Shown piece after piece: positions 1 to 12,668 of a stretch of DNA of 64,000 nucleotides. The stretch comes from Dipteris shenzhenensis (taxonomy: Eukaryota). A model generated the notes under the pieces. It made no database searches, was not told the origin of the DNA, and was given only the letters and a program-made list of their open reading frames with translations. Location: NCBI GenBank assembly GCA_047967505.1, contig CM106538.1. One strand, 5' to 3'. Every line of letters begins with the position of its first letter. Position 1 is the stretch's first letter. The position numbers and the translations under genes are program-made.

Positions 1-788
1 CTATATAATGAGTATAAATTAGTAGATTCTACACATGAATGTGCATTTCCTCCTCGTAAGTTCTAGATCATCTTTCACCTTTGGGAACAAAACTACATCT
101 GGACCTTCCTACACATGTATGCAAGTTAAAAAAGGCACTATACATATATATATATATATATATGGCAGATGCACATGTTACAAATTGATACTCACCCATT
201 CAGAGTTCAAACCACCACAAGATAAATCTTTATATAATGATAATTGATCATCTTTTCTTCCATAGTATAATTCTGATCTGTGAAGAATAAGGACTGAATT
301 TAGCAGGGTCGACGATTTTTATTCAGCTAAAATGAGATAGAAACCATAATACAATTATTTAGGACCTTGACCTGCTCTGTATTCCAATGAAATTGAAAGT
401 AGTTCTGAAAGAACACATATGACATGATGTTACAGCATAAACAAATTGGGACCCAGCAGAATATTCAGCTCCAAGCTTGAAGCCTGTTTTTCCTTCTTTT
501 CCTTGTTATGCTACAGGAATTATCCATCTGTGTAATCAATAAGAATACTCTGATGTAATAAAACATATTGATCACAAGATACTTACAATACTCAGGACAT
601 CCACTGTCAGGAAAATTTCCAGATCAAAACAACTCGAATTCTAGAGCAGATTCCCTTTCAAATACAACATGCTGATACTATGAAGCTTGAAAGTTGAAGT
701 GTGATAGCATCACTATAATACATGCAAAGATCTCACGTCTGTATGTTTGAGTGCACATGTGTATCTCTGCGTCCATAGATGTGATAAC

Positions 789-1490
789 TTAACCAGTTGA
801 CCAATCAGAATCATATCCAAGACACTGAGGAGCAGTTTGTAGTATAACTTTTGGGCTTTGTGCGAACACTAATTTATTGGTAGTGCCTATTACTGCCTTT
901 TCCTCAAAGGACACAGGCTCTAGATTTTCCTTTCCAATTCCATTTTCAGCCTCAGAATTAATTTTTGACAAATTTTCCATCTCAAGATAATCAGACTTCT
1001 TTAGAAATGGAACTTCATCACACAAATTAACTCTTTCTTCTTTGTTATATTCCTTGACCATGCATGGAGATTGAGCCCTTGACTTGATCTGTGCCACTCG
1101 GTTTTGTGCTCTTCCTTCCTGAATCTCTTTGCTTACGTGGTCAAACATGTTTAAAAACTGGTGCACAGTTCTAAACAGATCCATTTGCCTCTGTTGTTCA
1201 CCATTTTCTCCAAAAAATGCACAGACATCAATGAGACTTCTGAGAGCCTTTTTAAGCAAATCTTTGAGATTGACTAAATTCAGTGAGCACTGATCACAGA
1301 AAGGAAGAACTAAATCGAGAAATCGAGCTGTGAAGGAGGACGAGTCACTTGAATCACTTCTTGCATGTTGAATTTCTAATTTGACCATTTCCAAACCACG
1401 ATTCAAATCTGTGATACTTGCATTGATATTTTCCATCTTTAAGGCTGAAGCAGGTTTGATATCCCTTAGCTCATCTGGGAGATTAAGAAT
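789..1490 (-). CDS. Formin exon: FH2 C-terminal part and tail (last exon with an in-frame stop)
   Basis: Acceptor atgcag|ATT at 1490, phase 0, 702 nt to TAA. It encodes ILNLPDELRDIKPASAL...FFGENGEQ...LFRTVHQFLNMF, typical of the FH2 C-terminus. Confidence 0.9.
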   Translation of the reverse strand: MLNLPDELRDIKPASALKMENINASITDLNRGLEMVKLEIQHARSDSSDSSSFTARFLDLVLPFCDQCSLNLVNLKDLLKKALRSLIDVCAFFGENGEQQRQMDLFRTVHQFLNMFDHVSKEIQEGRAQNRVAQIKSRAQSPCMVKEYNKEERVNLCDEVPFLKKSDYLEMENLSKINSEAENGIGKENLEPVSFEEKAVIGTTNKLVFAQSPKVILQTAPQCLGYDSDWSTG

Positions 1491-1604
1491 CTGCATGTTT
1501 GAAAGGTATGTCAATCCCACTCAAAAATAGAGGAATATGTAACAACTGCAGCTATAACTGCTTTATAGGAAATCTCGAAGAAAGACCTCAAAAGGGTTTC
1601 ATAC

Positions 1605-1847
1605 CTGGTCGTCGACCTTGATGAGCTCTGCCACAACAAAATGCAAAAGTGTCGTCTGTTTGTTACTTCCCTTAATATCCATCAACTTTAGCAATGCATC
1701 CAGCTTGAAACCTTTTGCATCCCCTCTGCTACTGTCACCATTGAGGTAGTTTCCAACAGCTAAAACAGCCTCTAGTAGTTTAACAAAATGTCTACTGCAT
1801 TTGAGTTGATCACATGCATGTTGTAGCAGCAGCAAATCTTGCTCTAC
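1605..1847 (-). CDS. Formin exon: FH2 'post' region
   Basis: tttttctag|GTAGAG...GACCAG|gtatga, 243 nt, phase 0/0. It carries the FH2 signature [31 protein letters not shown]...TTLLHFV. Confidence 0.95.
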
Positions 1848-2199
1848 CTAGAAAAAGATAAGAGCAGGTTGGAGAGTAGTGTCACTAGCTGTAACTGTGT
1901 TGGATCTTATGGAAGTGTCTTGAATGAGTTCATAACACGATTTAAAATGTTTCTGCACACGCACACAAATTTTGTTAATCAGATATGAACTTCAGACACA
2001 GATGTGTGATCGTCTGTTCTACAGATTGCAGTCCCTAGAACAGAATCTGTAGGAGCTGGGCACATAGAATCCATGCTCCTCCCTTACAGTGTTGACAAAT
2101 TCGAGCTCTGGTGCTTCTGTTCATCTCCTTATGCTAAACATACATGACAGATGATGCTTCGATAAGAAGTAGCATCTTACAAAAGACACTGCACATGTG

Positions 2200-3050
2200 A
2201 ATCCCTATGCTTGGAGATTTTATCTGATACGTTGCTTTTCCCTTATCGTAGCAAATGCCGTGCCACCAGAGGAAGACCCATTAGCCCTTTTACACAGAAG
2301 AGCAAGACCCTGAAGATAGAGCTGCATTAAGTGCTGCACATTTATGCTTCTCGATTGAATGGGATAAGTTACCCACTCTTCAAATGGGGCAGATGGATGG
2401 TCCCAAGTCTGCTTGGTTGACATAATGTATGGCAAGTGGCTGTTAATATGATGCTAGAGTTCACCATGATGAAGCTTGGATTTAAGGTCACACACTTTGG
2501 GCGTTCAAGGTGGTGATGGCAGACAAGAGAAGTGAGGCCATTGCTATGTGCATCCATTGTGGAGTCACTTTCCTTGCCAATGTCATCATGATGGGCATTA
2601 CAAGTAGATTGTAACAAACTCTCCTATCCACTCCTGCTAGGTCGACCATGGTTCTCAGCTGCCCATCCGGCTCACCATCAACCTAGCTATGAGGGAATAC
2701 CATCATTGACAAGAGGTCCTAGATAAAGGCAACAATTTGAGGAGGAAATAAGTTTGGAAGAGGAGCCTTGGTTCTAGGAGGAAAGAAAAAGACAGAGGAA
2801 TCTTCCTTCCAAGATGAGACATATGCCTACTATGATGGCAGTTAAGCCAATTGCAATTTGGAAGTGCGAGACAATTTCCCCTTGAAGACAGACTTGCTCA
2901 TGAGGACTCTAACCCCCTTCAATAGTGGGGCAAGAATGGAAACACCTGGACAGTTGATGCTGCCGAGCCGCCTAGATACATAAAGGTGACTCAATGGGTG
3001 TGGGAGTACCCAGACCTTTTGAGGCATGCAGAGAATATTTAATTTGGTTT
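2200..3050 (+). mobile_element. Degenerate Ty3/gypsy gag-protease remnant
   Basis: About 2620-2663 reads LSYPLLLGRPWFSAA (the retropepsin LLGRPW motif). The flanks are full of stops and no LTRs are visible; boundaries are approximate. Confidence 0.55.
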
Positions 3051-3514
3051 GTGGATGATGTTTTCACATGGTGATACAAGAATCACAAAATGGTGGTAAT
3101 TGATGGATTCAATATAGTTGATGGATGATGTGGGTGGTAATTGAGGATTCAATAATTGTTGTAGATAATCAAAATTTTCTTCCCTTGTATTGCCTTGAAT
3201 GCAATGTTTTGTTCACTCTTATACAACCAAGCCTTGACTTCCCTTTGATATAGCGTTGGAGACAATGCTAGCGTATGCCATCTTTACAGCCATGGATAGA
3301 TGCCATGCTTACAATCAAGTTTAAGTGGAATATGTTGATCAACACAAGACACCCTTTGTGATTCCCTGAGGCACCTGAAACTACATCATGACAAATTTGG
3401 GCCTCTGTATTGTCTTGGCTACGTTCCAATGGTTGATCAACAAAGTGTATTAAGAGAAACTTGGGCGATTCTTAAACGTATTCTCTAATGATTTCTCTAC
3501 CTACAATGGGAGCA

Positions 3515-3674
3515 GTGCCTCTCATCTAGATCTCTTGGTTGAAGTAGATCATCTAGACAAGCCGTAGTGGGTGTTAGAAAATGGAGAAGTATCTCTATAC
3601 TTCTCCATTTTCTAACACCCACTACGGCTTGTCTAGATGATCTACTTCAACCAAGAGATCTAGATGAGAGGCAC
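3515..3674. repeat. Perfect 78-bp inverted repeat with a 4-nt loop
   Basis: 3515-3592 is the exact reverse complement of 3597-3674. The loop is ctct and an (AT)n tract follows. Confidence 0.97.
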
Positions 3675-5459
3675 ATATATATATATATACCTTTGTACGC
3701 CTAGAATATATCCAATCATACAAATTTAGAAAACTTTCCTTGTGCAGATCCAACACTCTCTCACGAGCTGTCATTGCTCATCCTGTCCTTCCATTTGATA
3801 AGAAGCTCAAGAACTACCCTGCTGTTAAGAAGTCTCTCTCTAAAATCCAGAATTGCTTTTGGCTCATGAGAGCTATACACTGACAGGTAGTGTAAGCGGA
3901 CAAGCTCTCAACAAAAATAAGCTATTACCTACGCCTAACTTCCCTTTTGGGTAACTCATATGAAAAACTGAAGTATCCTCACACCAGAAGGTAACTTCGT
4001 TCATCAGCTACATTATTAATTCCATCAATTATCCAAAAGGGAATGTAATAACAAGCTGTAGCTCACAAACCAGTCTGTAATGCCCCAAAATCCTTTGGAA
4101 GATTGACAAACTAGCCATCTGCAAACACTTGAGGTGAACGCTTCTGATTTGCATAGAAGTGAGCTCTATCCTGCACTATGCAAAGTTTTTCCTTCATAAA
4201 GTGCAACATATCCTGCAGCAATTGGAATAAATCAATAGCCATTTGAACCCTTTTTTTTCATACAAATAGTCCACAGAGCCTTAGATTGAAACCCATAAAT
4301 AAGCACACAAATGGATATAGTGGGGCAGAATGGGACTGAAAGAGCCCCAAGCTGTCCCTCAAATTTTTTTAAAACAATGTCAGTATGCATATCGGTATAC
4401 AGGTTGGTCACAAATGATGATACCAATGAAAATGTTCGCAAGTATATTAATGGATTTTTTTGGGTAAAAAGCATCGAGCACTGATGACTAAAGCTACGGT
4501 TCTTTCCTACGCTTTTATTGATGCGTATACGGATTCTTTTAGAGTTAGAAAACATTCCACTTCTTCACAAATTCTGTCAGAATATGTGTTGGAAAAGGGT
4601 AAGTATCTTCTAGTGAGCTTGCAAGATTTGATAGAGGTTGATAATCTTGATAAGACAAAGTGTGCTGGTGTTTTGGCTCGTTATCCCCTCATAGTATGGA
4701 GATCATTGCATGCATCAAACTCATATATGAGAAGTCTTCGTGTATGCAAGCTTGTCACCTACTTTAATATACCACATTATCTTCTTGGCTATAGTTTGTA
4801 GGATTGCAATGGATCAAATTGTGCAGAGTCTGACAAATTGTGGTTTACACCATGGAAGAATATGTAGAGGAGGTTGCAGAGGCTAGGTTGGGAAGACTTT
4901 ATTTTCTCATCATTATAGTTCTGGTTTTCAATGTTTGCTTAGTGGTGCAAGAAATGGGTGGGAAAGTAGTGAGAGCTGATGACACATGCATTTTTTGCTT
5001 AGGGACAATAATGAAGGAGATACAATCCGCATTTTAGAATGCATTTGTAACAAAGAATATGTTGTCTGATAGGTCAAGAAAAATGGGAATGTGCATGATT
5101 ACATTTCAAAAAATGTACTAATATATTAACAAGAGATTTGTGTTGAGCTAAGGCATTGTATAGAATTGCATAGTAATTGAATGCATATTGTACATGATAT
5201 ATGGAGATAGCTAAATGCAATAAATTAAGTTGAAGCAAGGACATAGCAATTTTTATATATTTTTTAAATAATAAAACAGGCAATGGTGTACATTTCAAAT
5301 AGCATACTCTCCAACTTGTATATTCATAAGACTGGTTTACTGTTAATTTTATGGACATTTTTATTAGAAGGTTTGTGACCTTGCCATTCTTAGAGAATGG
5401 CATACATTCAGGGTCCTAACACTATTTCTTATCACCACCGTAAATAGTTAATATGCACA

Positions 5460-6520
5460 TCCAGGGTCTCAAGGGGGCCCATTGATGCTCTCTTTATCCA
5501 CCAGGAGCACAAACTTCATGATAGGGATTGCAACAAGTCAGGTAAATTACTTGTTGATTGCAGTTTTCTGCCCTTGGCACTAGAGGGGGAATTTGAATTT
5601 TCAGTTTCATCCACTATTCTCCCCTTGTGGTTAGCCATGGCACTTATTGCTTCCAAAGCACAGTAGATTATCCTTTTGCTTGATGGTGTCAAGATTGGCT
5701 TCAAGGGGAACATATTCTTTTTTGGAAAGAACTACTCCCTTGGACTGCCATTGCTGATTCTTGGGTCCTTGGTGGTGACTTCAATATGGTGGAGTTGCCC
5801 ATATAAAAGAGGGGGAAGGGGTGATAGCCTTCACTCTCTTGAGAGAGCTTTTTGGGATGAATTGGTTTTTTGGTTTCGGGTTGTTGATGATTTTCAAGCA
5901 TTGCCTTCTTTGCTCCTATTTTCCTGGTCAGATACGAGATTTTGATGCCCATCCATGCGCATATTGACAATTTTTATGCTGATAAATCATGATTGGGCTC
6001 TGGGTAGGGGTGGCACTATCTGCATTTTCCCAAGGGTTTGTACATCCAATCACTATCCGGTGACGGTTACTCTCTTTGAACCACATGCCACTTCTTGCTT
6101 TGCTAGTGTCAAGATTCCAAAGTCTTTCTATGCAAAGGAAGAGCTTTCAATGGCATTTGCCCATTATGGAAGTCCTATTTGTAGGATGAGGTGTGCTCTC
6201 TTCTTGCTTTGGCAGTAGCTCTTCTTCATACTAGTGAGTATTATTTATTGACCTTTTAGGGTCAAGACATGATGTCCTTAGGCACGCGACTGCCTTATGT
6301 CAGTTGGTAGTAGCCATGCATGGGTCCCATGAGCGCCTACAGTTGGCCCATGAGTGTCTTGCTGTTGACCATCAGATGCATGGGTCCCATGAGCGCCTTG
6401 CTGTAAGGGCTCATCAGCAGTCACTTCAGATGGGGGATAGAGTCGTTAAAGATATTTTTTTGCATTTGGTCAATAAGGTCCAGCTCATGAGGACGGAGAT
6501 GCAGAAAGACTACCTTATGT
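5460..6520 (+). mobile_element. Degenerate LINE endonuclease fragment (family A)
   Basis: EHKLHDRDCNKSGKLL, GGDFNMVE and HSLERAFWD motifs; homologous to 11272-12155 and 33535-34424. Confidence 0.75.
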
Positions 6521-6549
6521 GATTATGCCAGGGGTTTGGAGGGCGAGTA

Positions 6550-8150
6550 GTCCGTGTCTATACGTCGGCATAAAAGGGTGGACATTGGCTCAATGCCGAT
6601 TTTCCATGCCCACTTCATCATGAAGAAGACTTCCATCCCGAACAACTCTACACACTTCTGAAGCGGCCAGAAGTGTGCCTGGTCAACCTTTGCCCCAAGT
6701 TCATGGGCGTGTCAAAGGTCCAGTCCCTGTGGCCCCATCCACTCGTCCATCATGCGTGAGATCTGATCTCCTAGTATAGCATCAAACACCACTGGGTACC
6801 ACTTCTCCAGCCCTGCGGAGGCGAACTGGAATCTCTAAACTAGGTGTGTCTGGGAGCCCACTACGCTGATCGAATCCGGGGTTGCAACATCACAAGCGTT
6901 ACCTCCAAGGGTAGAGGATAAGAGTTTGGAATCTCTAGATGCCTCCATCACAGGAGGATCACCTAGCTGAGCAACGGCCCCTACCACTTGGGGGGGGGTC
7001 TCCACGTATGGGCTCCTCCTGCTACTCTTCCTCAGGTGCCTCTCGAGGAACTCTACCCCTCTCTCCACATCTAGCCCTCTACGTGCGGCGCTTTCAGGCC
7101 TGTTTGCTTGGTTTCTTTTTCTTTTTAACTTGGGTCTAGTCCCCTTCTGAAGGGTCACCCAGGGTGTCTAGGACTCCTGTTGCTCCTGCTTGGGGGGGGA
7201 ACTGAACTCTGGCCTGCTAACTTTACTCACCCTGTGGGGGTGGGGGCGGAGGCACTCGACCTTGGCCGTGGGGGCAATCTCTGGCTAGGTGACCCATCTG
7301 TTTGCAATGAAGACACTGGCCTGGTAACCCAGAAATCTCCATGCGCTAGCTAAGTGTACCCCCTTCCAGGGTCTCAAGGAGGATCAACTCTGGGAGGGAC
7401 TCTCGGCTCTCAACCACCAGTTTGATCCTGGGGACCCCGTCATCTACTACCACTGATGTGGCCGAATCTGGCGGAGACTCCAGCACAGTGCCAAATGCTC
7501 GACCAATGGAGGGGAGGATGTCTCGATATTTCTTTGGGAGCCCTCGAAAGTAGAGCGTAAGTGAAAAACGTGTGAGTGTCCATGTCCTCCACTGTAAAGC
7601 CATGGTACCAGCTCAGCTCGATGAGGAATACACCTCTTCCATAGATGGTGACTTCATGAATGTGGTCACTCTCTAGTGCCAAGCTCGCCTGGATCCACTC
7701 TTGCACATGTCTCCTTGTGGGAGTGAGGCCCACAGTTCTACCCACGATCGCCTTCTCTTGGAGGGACTGAACTACCTGCTATACCTGCTGCTTGTCGGCT
7801 AGGGAAAGAAGAACCTTAATGGCTGTGGAATTCAAGGGTGTTGCCATAGAGCCCCTCTAGCCAAACCAAGGGTCACCCCCAAGATTTTCTTTTGCCGAAG
7901 AAGCACAAACACTCCCGTTGTAGGGGGGAAAGAAGATAAAAAGGGGGTTGGGGGCGGGCGGGGGGGGTGAGGCGGAAAGATGTCAGAGGAGGAGGCAGAC
8001 AATGCGAGGCGAGGAGCGGACGAGGGCAAGTTGAGGGAAGGAGAAAGGAGGCAGGGAGTGAGGCGGGAAAAGGAAGAGGGGCAAAAGATGCCTAAGTAGG
8101 CATAGGTTGCACAGGATAAAGGCAAAGCGCCGCTTGTTTCTAATGGGATT
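6550..8150 (-). mobile_element. LINE 5' part (C-rich UTR and degenerate ORF1)
   Basis: GRTVGLTPTRRHVQEWI...GRGVFLIEL and YFRGLPKKYRDILPSIGRAFGTVLE are DUF4283-like ORF1 motifs; pyrimidine-rich leader at about 7920-8090. Confidence 0.7.
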
Positions 8151-8169
8151 GCTCCTACTTCTTTGCCTT

Positions 8170-8700
8170 CCACCTCTCAATCTAAAGGCAAAGAAAAGAC
8201 TTTACTGAAGTCTGGCAGACTCCGCGCAAGACTATCACAGCCAGAAGGTCATTACCTCCAAGCACATGGAATGGTACTGCATCTAATGGCCATACTCCTG
8301 AAGAAAATTCAGGTGTTGGCATTAGTTGGGCTGTTGTGACAGCCAGTTGCACTCTTTTTCCTGAAGAGGATGTGGTGGGTTTGTTGTCTTCTTATTAGGC
8401 ACCTTTGTCACCTCAGGGTAGAGGTTCTAACCCTGAGGTGGATATGCAGACTTGAGTCGGATTTCCTTTCAATGTACATAACTATAAATATGTTATCACA
8501 AATCAAAAGTTTGACACTCAATGTACAGGGTTTGTGTGATGCTAGAAAATGGAAGATAGTATGGGTGTATCTAAATTATTTGCAACCTGACATAGTGGCT
8601 CTACAAGAGCATAACCAGCACATGCACGCTACATAGCATGGTCATTTTGTTGGTTATGATATCTTTTATGTTGGACAACGTTCTTTTTCAGGAGTGGTCC
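8170..8700 (+). mobile_element. LINE family B fragment (end of ORF1, start of endonuclease)
   Basis: LTLNVQGLCDARKWKIVWVYLNYLQPDIVALQEHNQH; collinear homology with 15100-15027 plus 12668-12230 on the minus strand. Confidence 0.8.
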
Positions 8701-11700
8701 TTTTTTTTTTTCCTCCAAAAAAGAGACTTCTATTAAGTAAGGAAACCCGCTAGAGCAAGCTCTGTGCGGAGATACACCATGCTAAGCATGTAATAAAAAA
8801 CACCTCAGAGGAATGAGGTAGAAAGAAACCAAGGCTAAGGCTGAAAATGCCATCTCAACCCTATAGAAGTCTCAGCAAAGAAGGGAGAGTCTCTCCAATC
8901 TCTGAGAAAAGTAACTCTCCTGAAGGAGGCTGCTAGAGATGATCCCTGCATGGTCTCCCAAATGGCCATTAGAGAGTGTATCATATCTGTCCAAGTACTG
9001 GCCAAGATCTGAGAAGGGTGAACCTGATTCCAAAGCCTCGGTGCATCTAGCTCTCCAAATGTGCCATGCTGCAATGCTAGCTAGGATCTCCCATGGAGAG
9101 TCAACCGAGGAGTGAGCAGCCCTGAAAAGAGTGGCCGGAACATCCTCTAGAGAGCATGACTCCACAAGGTGTCGTCGGATGTGAAGAGCCCAAGAGGAAT
9201 CAAGTCTCTCAAAAAATACCTGGGGCCCTGAAAGAGTAAGCCAAGCCACTAATCCCCAGGTCATATAGAAAGGTAGGCGAACAAAAGTGCTGAAAAGTCT
9301 TGCAATCCCCTTCCATATGATTCTCGCCTGTCTGCAATCCCAAAGGAAGTGTTGTATAGTCTCCAAAGCAGAAAGGCAGCGAGGGCAAGAAGGGTCAGCT
9401 CCGAACTTGGAGCTCCAATGGTTTACTGCTATCCCACCATGAATAGAAAGCCAAAAGAAGAGAGTGATTTTTCTATTCCGGTGGGATTTCCAGAGTCTCT
9501 ACTAAAAAAATTTCTGCAAGTCAGCACGAATCTGAAAGTTCTCCCAATGATGAGCTCTGGTGGGCCTCCAACCCCTACAGCTGAGCTGGAATTTCCTGGC
9601 ATTACTGATTGGGACACCTCCATAGAGCCACAGCCTCCATGAGCCAAGGGCGAGGAGAAGCGGGTCAGGATCCAAGTACCACTGTGAAAGAGAGCCATGC
9701 TCCATGAAGCCCACTATCCTGACTGGCTGAAACGGTACCTCCAACAAGATATCGTCTGTGGATCTGAAGAAACATCAAATACTAAGGCATCCTCATGTGG
9801 GTCAAGAAAAGCAATCACCTGTAAAGGAACTTCAAATCTGGAAAATGCCCCCATCTAGGTGGAGCAAGTAATAGGCATGTCATCTGTGTCCACCCAATCC
9901 AAGGGCAAGGCTGCATCAATCTGTTGGACTCTCCCTGCACTCCCTCTGAGATTAAGAACCATTTGGGCCTGTCGGTCTGCAGGAAGCTTCCTAAAGGCTT
10001 TCCATGCTCCCACTGTAGATGCAGGGCCCCCCTCCCATCTTGGCCACTGCATGTAAGGAGAAGCTCCAAGTGGTCTGCCAAGCTCATCCAAAATCCTGTC
10101 ATTCCACATGATAGGCTGCCTTTCAATCTCTTCACGGGTGGATGGGGGAATCTTGCGAAGAGTACTCCTGAAGCTGGCCCATGCTTTCAGGATAGCAACC
10201 ATAAGAGGGGAAAAGGGAGACCTGACGTGGGCTGTGGTGAAAACCCATCTAGTACTGTGTGTCCAATCCTCTCCTGAAGTGGGCGTGCGAGACTGTATCC
10301 ATCTGATAAAAAAATCCTTCCAAGGCTCTTGCCCTGGCATAAGCCTCTCACAACGAACTTGCAGAGTAAAGCTCTGCACTGTAGATCTGGGTCGATGATA
10401 TTCAAACCCCCTTCTCTTGTAGGAAGAATCAAGGTCTCCCAAGCCACCCTGGCTGTAACATCAGTTATGTCAACTAACTGTCCAGGAGCTCTTCTTCCCG
10501 GCAGATAGCAAGCCTCAGCCCATAAATAATAGCTTGAGATCTAATGTAGATACTCATAGCTTCTGCCACAAACTGAAAAAGAAACGCGCCAAGAGGACAT
10601 CCCTGGCGGACGGATCTGGAAATCTGAAACCTATCCCCTCTTACCCCCCCAATGAGCAACTGGCTATGGGCTGATCTGTAGAGAGAGAATACTCCTCTAA
10701 TCCATGCATCTAAAAAACCAAAGCGAGATAGAGTACCCTCTAAAAAATCCCAGTCTACTCTATCGTAAGCTTTCTCAAAGTCCAAGAGTAGAATGGCCAA
10801 ATCTCTGGCGGCTCTGCATGGCCCCATTCTGAGGCCTCCCAAAATGAGAAAATATTATCAAAAATACTTCTGCCATGCACAAACCTTGTCTGCGTGTCAT
10901 GAATCAAATCTGGAAGAAAAACCTGTAGCCGTAGACTAATGGCTTTCACCAGAATCTTGTAAAAAGTGCCCAATAGAGTGATGGGTCTCCATTGAGACAC
11001 AAGATTCCTATTACCCCCCTTTGGGATGAGATGAATGAGACAATCTGTAAGTGAGTCCGGCATCTCACCAGAGTCCCACACGCCCTGCAGGGCTGATGTA
11101 ATGTGATCACCAAGCTGCTCCCAAAAAGTTAAAAAAAAGGAGGAGGTAAGTCCATCTGAACCTAGGCACTTGCCCTTGTGAAGGGCAAGAAAATGCAGTC
11201 TTGAATTTTGCATTGGTGAAAGGTGCATCCAGAGAAACATACATCCAATCCTTCACCAATACAGGGATACACTACCAAATAACCTCTCTAGCATCATCAA
11301 TGGCCTGTGTGCCTGGATCTACAGTAAGAAGGGACGCAAAAAAATCTGAAGCTACATGCATGACAGCATCAGGATCTGACTGTAACACCCCGTTTGAGTC
11401 AACAAGCTGCGAAACACTATCTCTACTATGTCTGGGCCCATGAGTAGAGAAAAAGTGTTTGTTGACCCTGCCACCCATCTGAATCCAAAAGGATTCCCGT
11501 GCATGAAAGGCATATTCTGCTCTCTGATCCAACAATGTCTGCAAATGAGCCCTTGCTGCAGCAAGGCGCTCCTGAATCCAAGCATCTGTGGGCTTCTTCT
11601 GCTCTTCCCTCTGAAGGGACGCTAACTGCTGGCGTATACCAATCTCACATCTGAGAATCTCACGTCTCGTAGAATCTGTGACTGTATGATAATAGTCACT

Positions 11701-12155
11701 AATTCCGGATAAGGTTCCGGATAAGGCTGCAGCTACCTGAGATGGGTGGACAGCTCCACCCTGTATGTGAGAAACCCAAATCTGTAAAATATCCTCCGTG
11801 AGGCACTCCTCTGCATAAAAAGCATCCGAAATCCTGACACTGGCAGAGCGTCCTCTCCGATGAGGCTCAAGAATCTGTAACACCACTGGAAAATGATCTG
11901 AGGTGGAAACCCCAGTAGAAATGCATACAGATCCTCCTTTGTCAAGTGCCCAATCGTCTACATAAAATCCGTCATTTCGTGCATGAATGGGCATGTGTAT
12001 TCTCCTGTTCGACCAAGAGTACAAGAGTGACTGTGGCATAATATGAAAGGCATCATCCAACCAAGTGTCCTTGCCAATGAACTGAAAGAGGAAGGCATCC
12101 CAGGCTGCCCTCTCCAAAGAATGCATTCCACCCTGTCTGTCTCCCTTTTTGTCTG
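8701..12155 (-). mobile_element. LINE family A: ORF2 (endonuclease C-terminus, RT, C-terminal Cys/His motif) and poly(A)
   Basis: WRPITLLGTFYKILVK, LLLDFEKAYDRVDW, SVRQGCPL and ETIQHFLWDC motifs; poly(T) at 8701-8712. Frameshifts and a deletion after RT. Confidence 0.92.
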
Positions 12156-12668
12156 AACAATAATCCATCTACCATGGCGATCCTTGAGAGCCACAACAGG
12201 TTGAAGGTCGTGCTTTACCAAAAAAGCCACACCAGAAAAGGAGTGCTCTCCAGCATAGAAGATATCATAACCAACAAAATGGCCTATTTGACCAGCATAC
12301 ATATGCTGATTATGCTCTTGCAAAAAGCAATTATATCAGGCTGCAATTGCCTGATATACATCCAGACCAGTTTCCATTTGCGACCATCACACATTCCCTG
12401 TACATTGAGAGCAACACACTTCAGATGATCAAGCATATTTACAGTTATGGGACAGGTATGTACAGCAACTAACGGGCTGTCTACGTCTGCATTTCCACCT
12501 CAATGTCCGGGCCTTTGCCCTAGGATGAAGCATCTCAGCCTAAGGAGAGGACAAAAGTGCAGCAACTTCTTCTTCAGGAAACAAAGTCCGATTTGTAGTC
12601 ACAGCAGCCCAAGTCAAGCCAACACCAGAGTTTTCAGCAGGTGTTTTCCCATGAGAGGATGCACCACT

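Noticed and set aside
3690-5100. Short ORFs (4460-4801, 4840-5037) as a gene
   Set aside because: No recognisable domain or exon chain; probably decayed TE.
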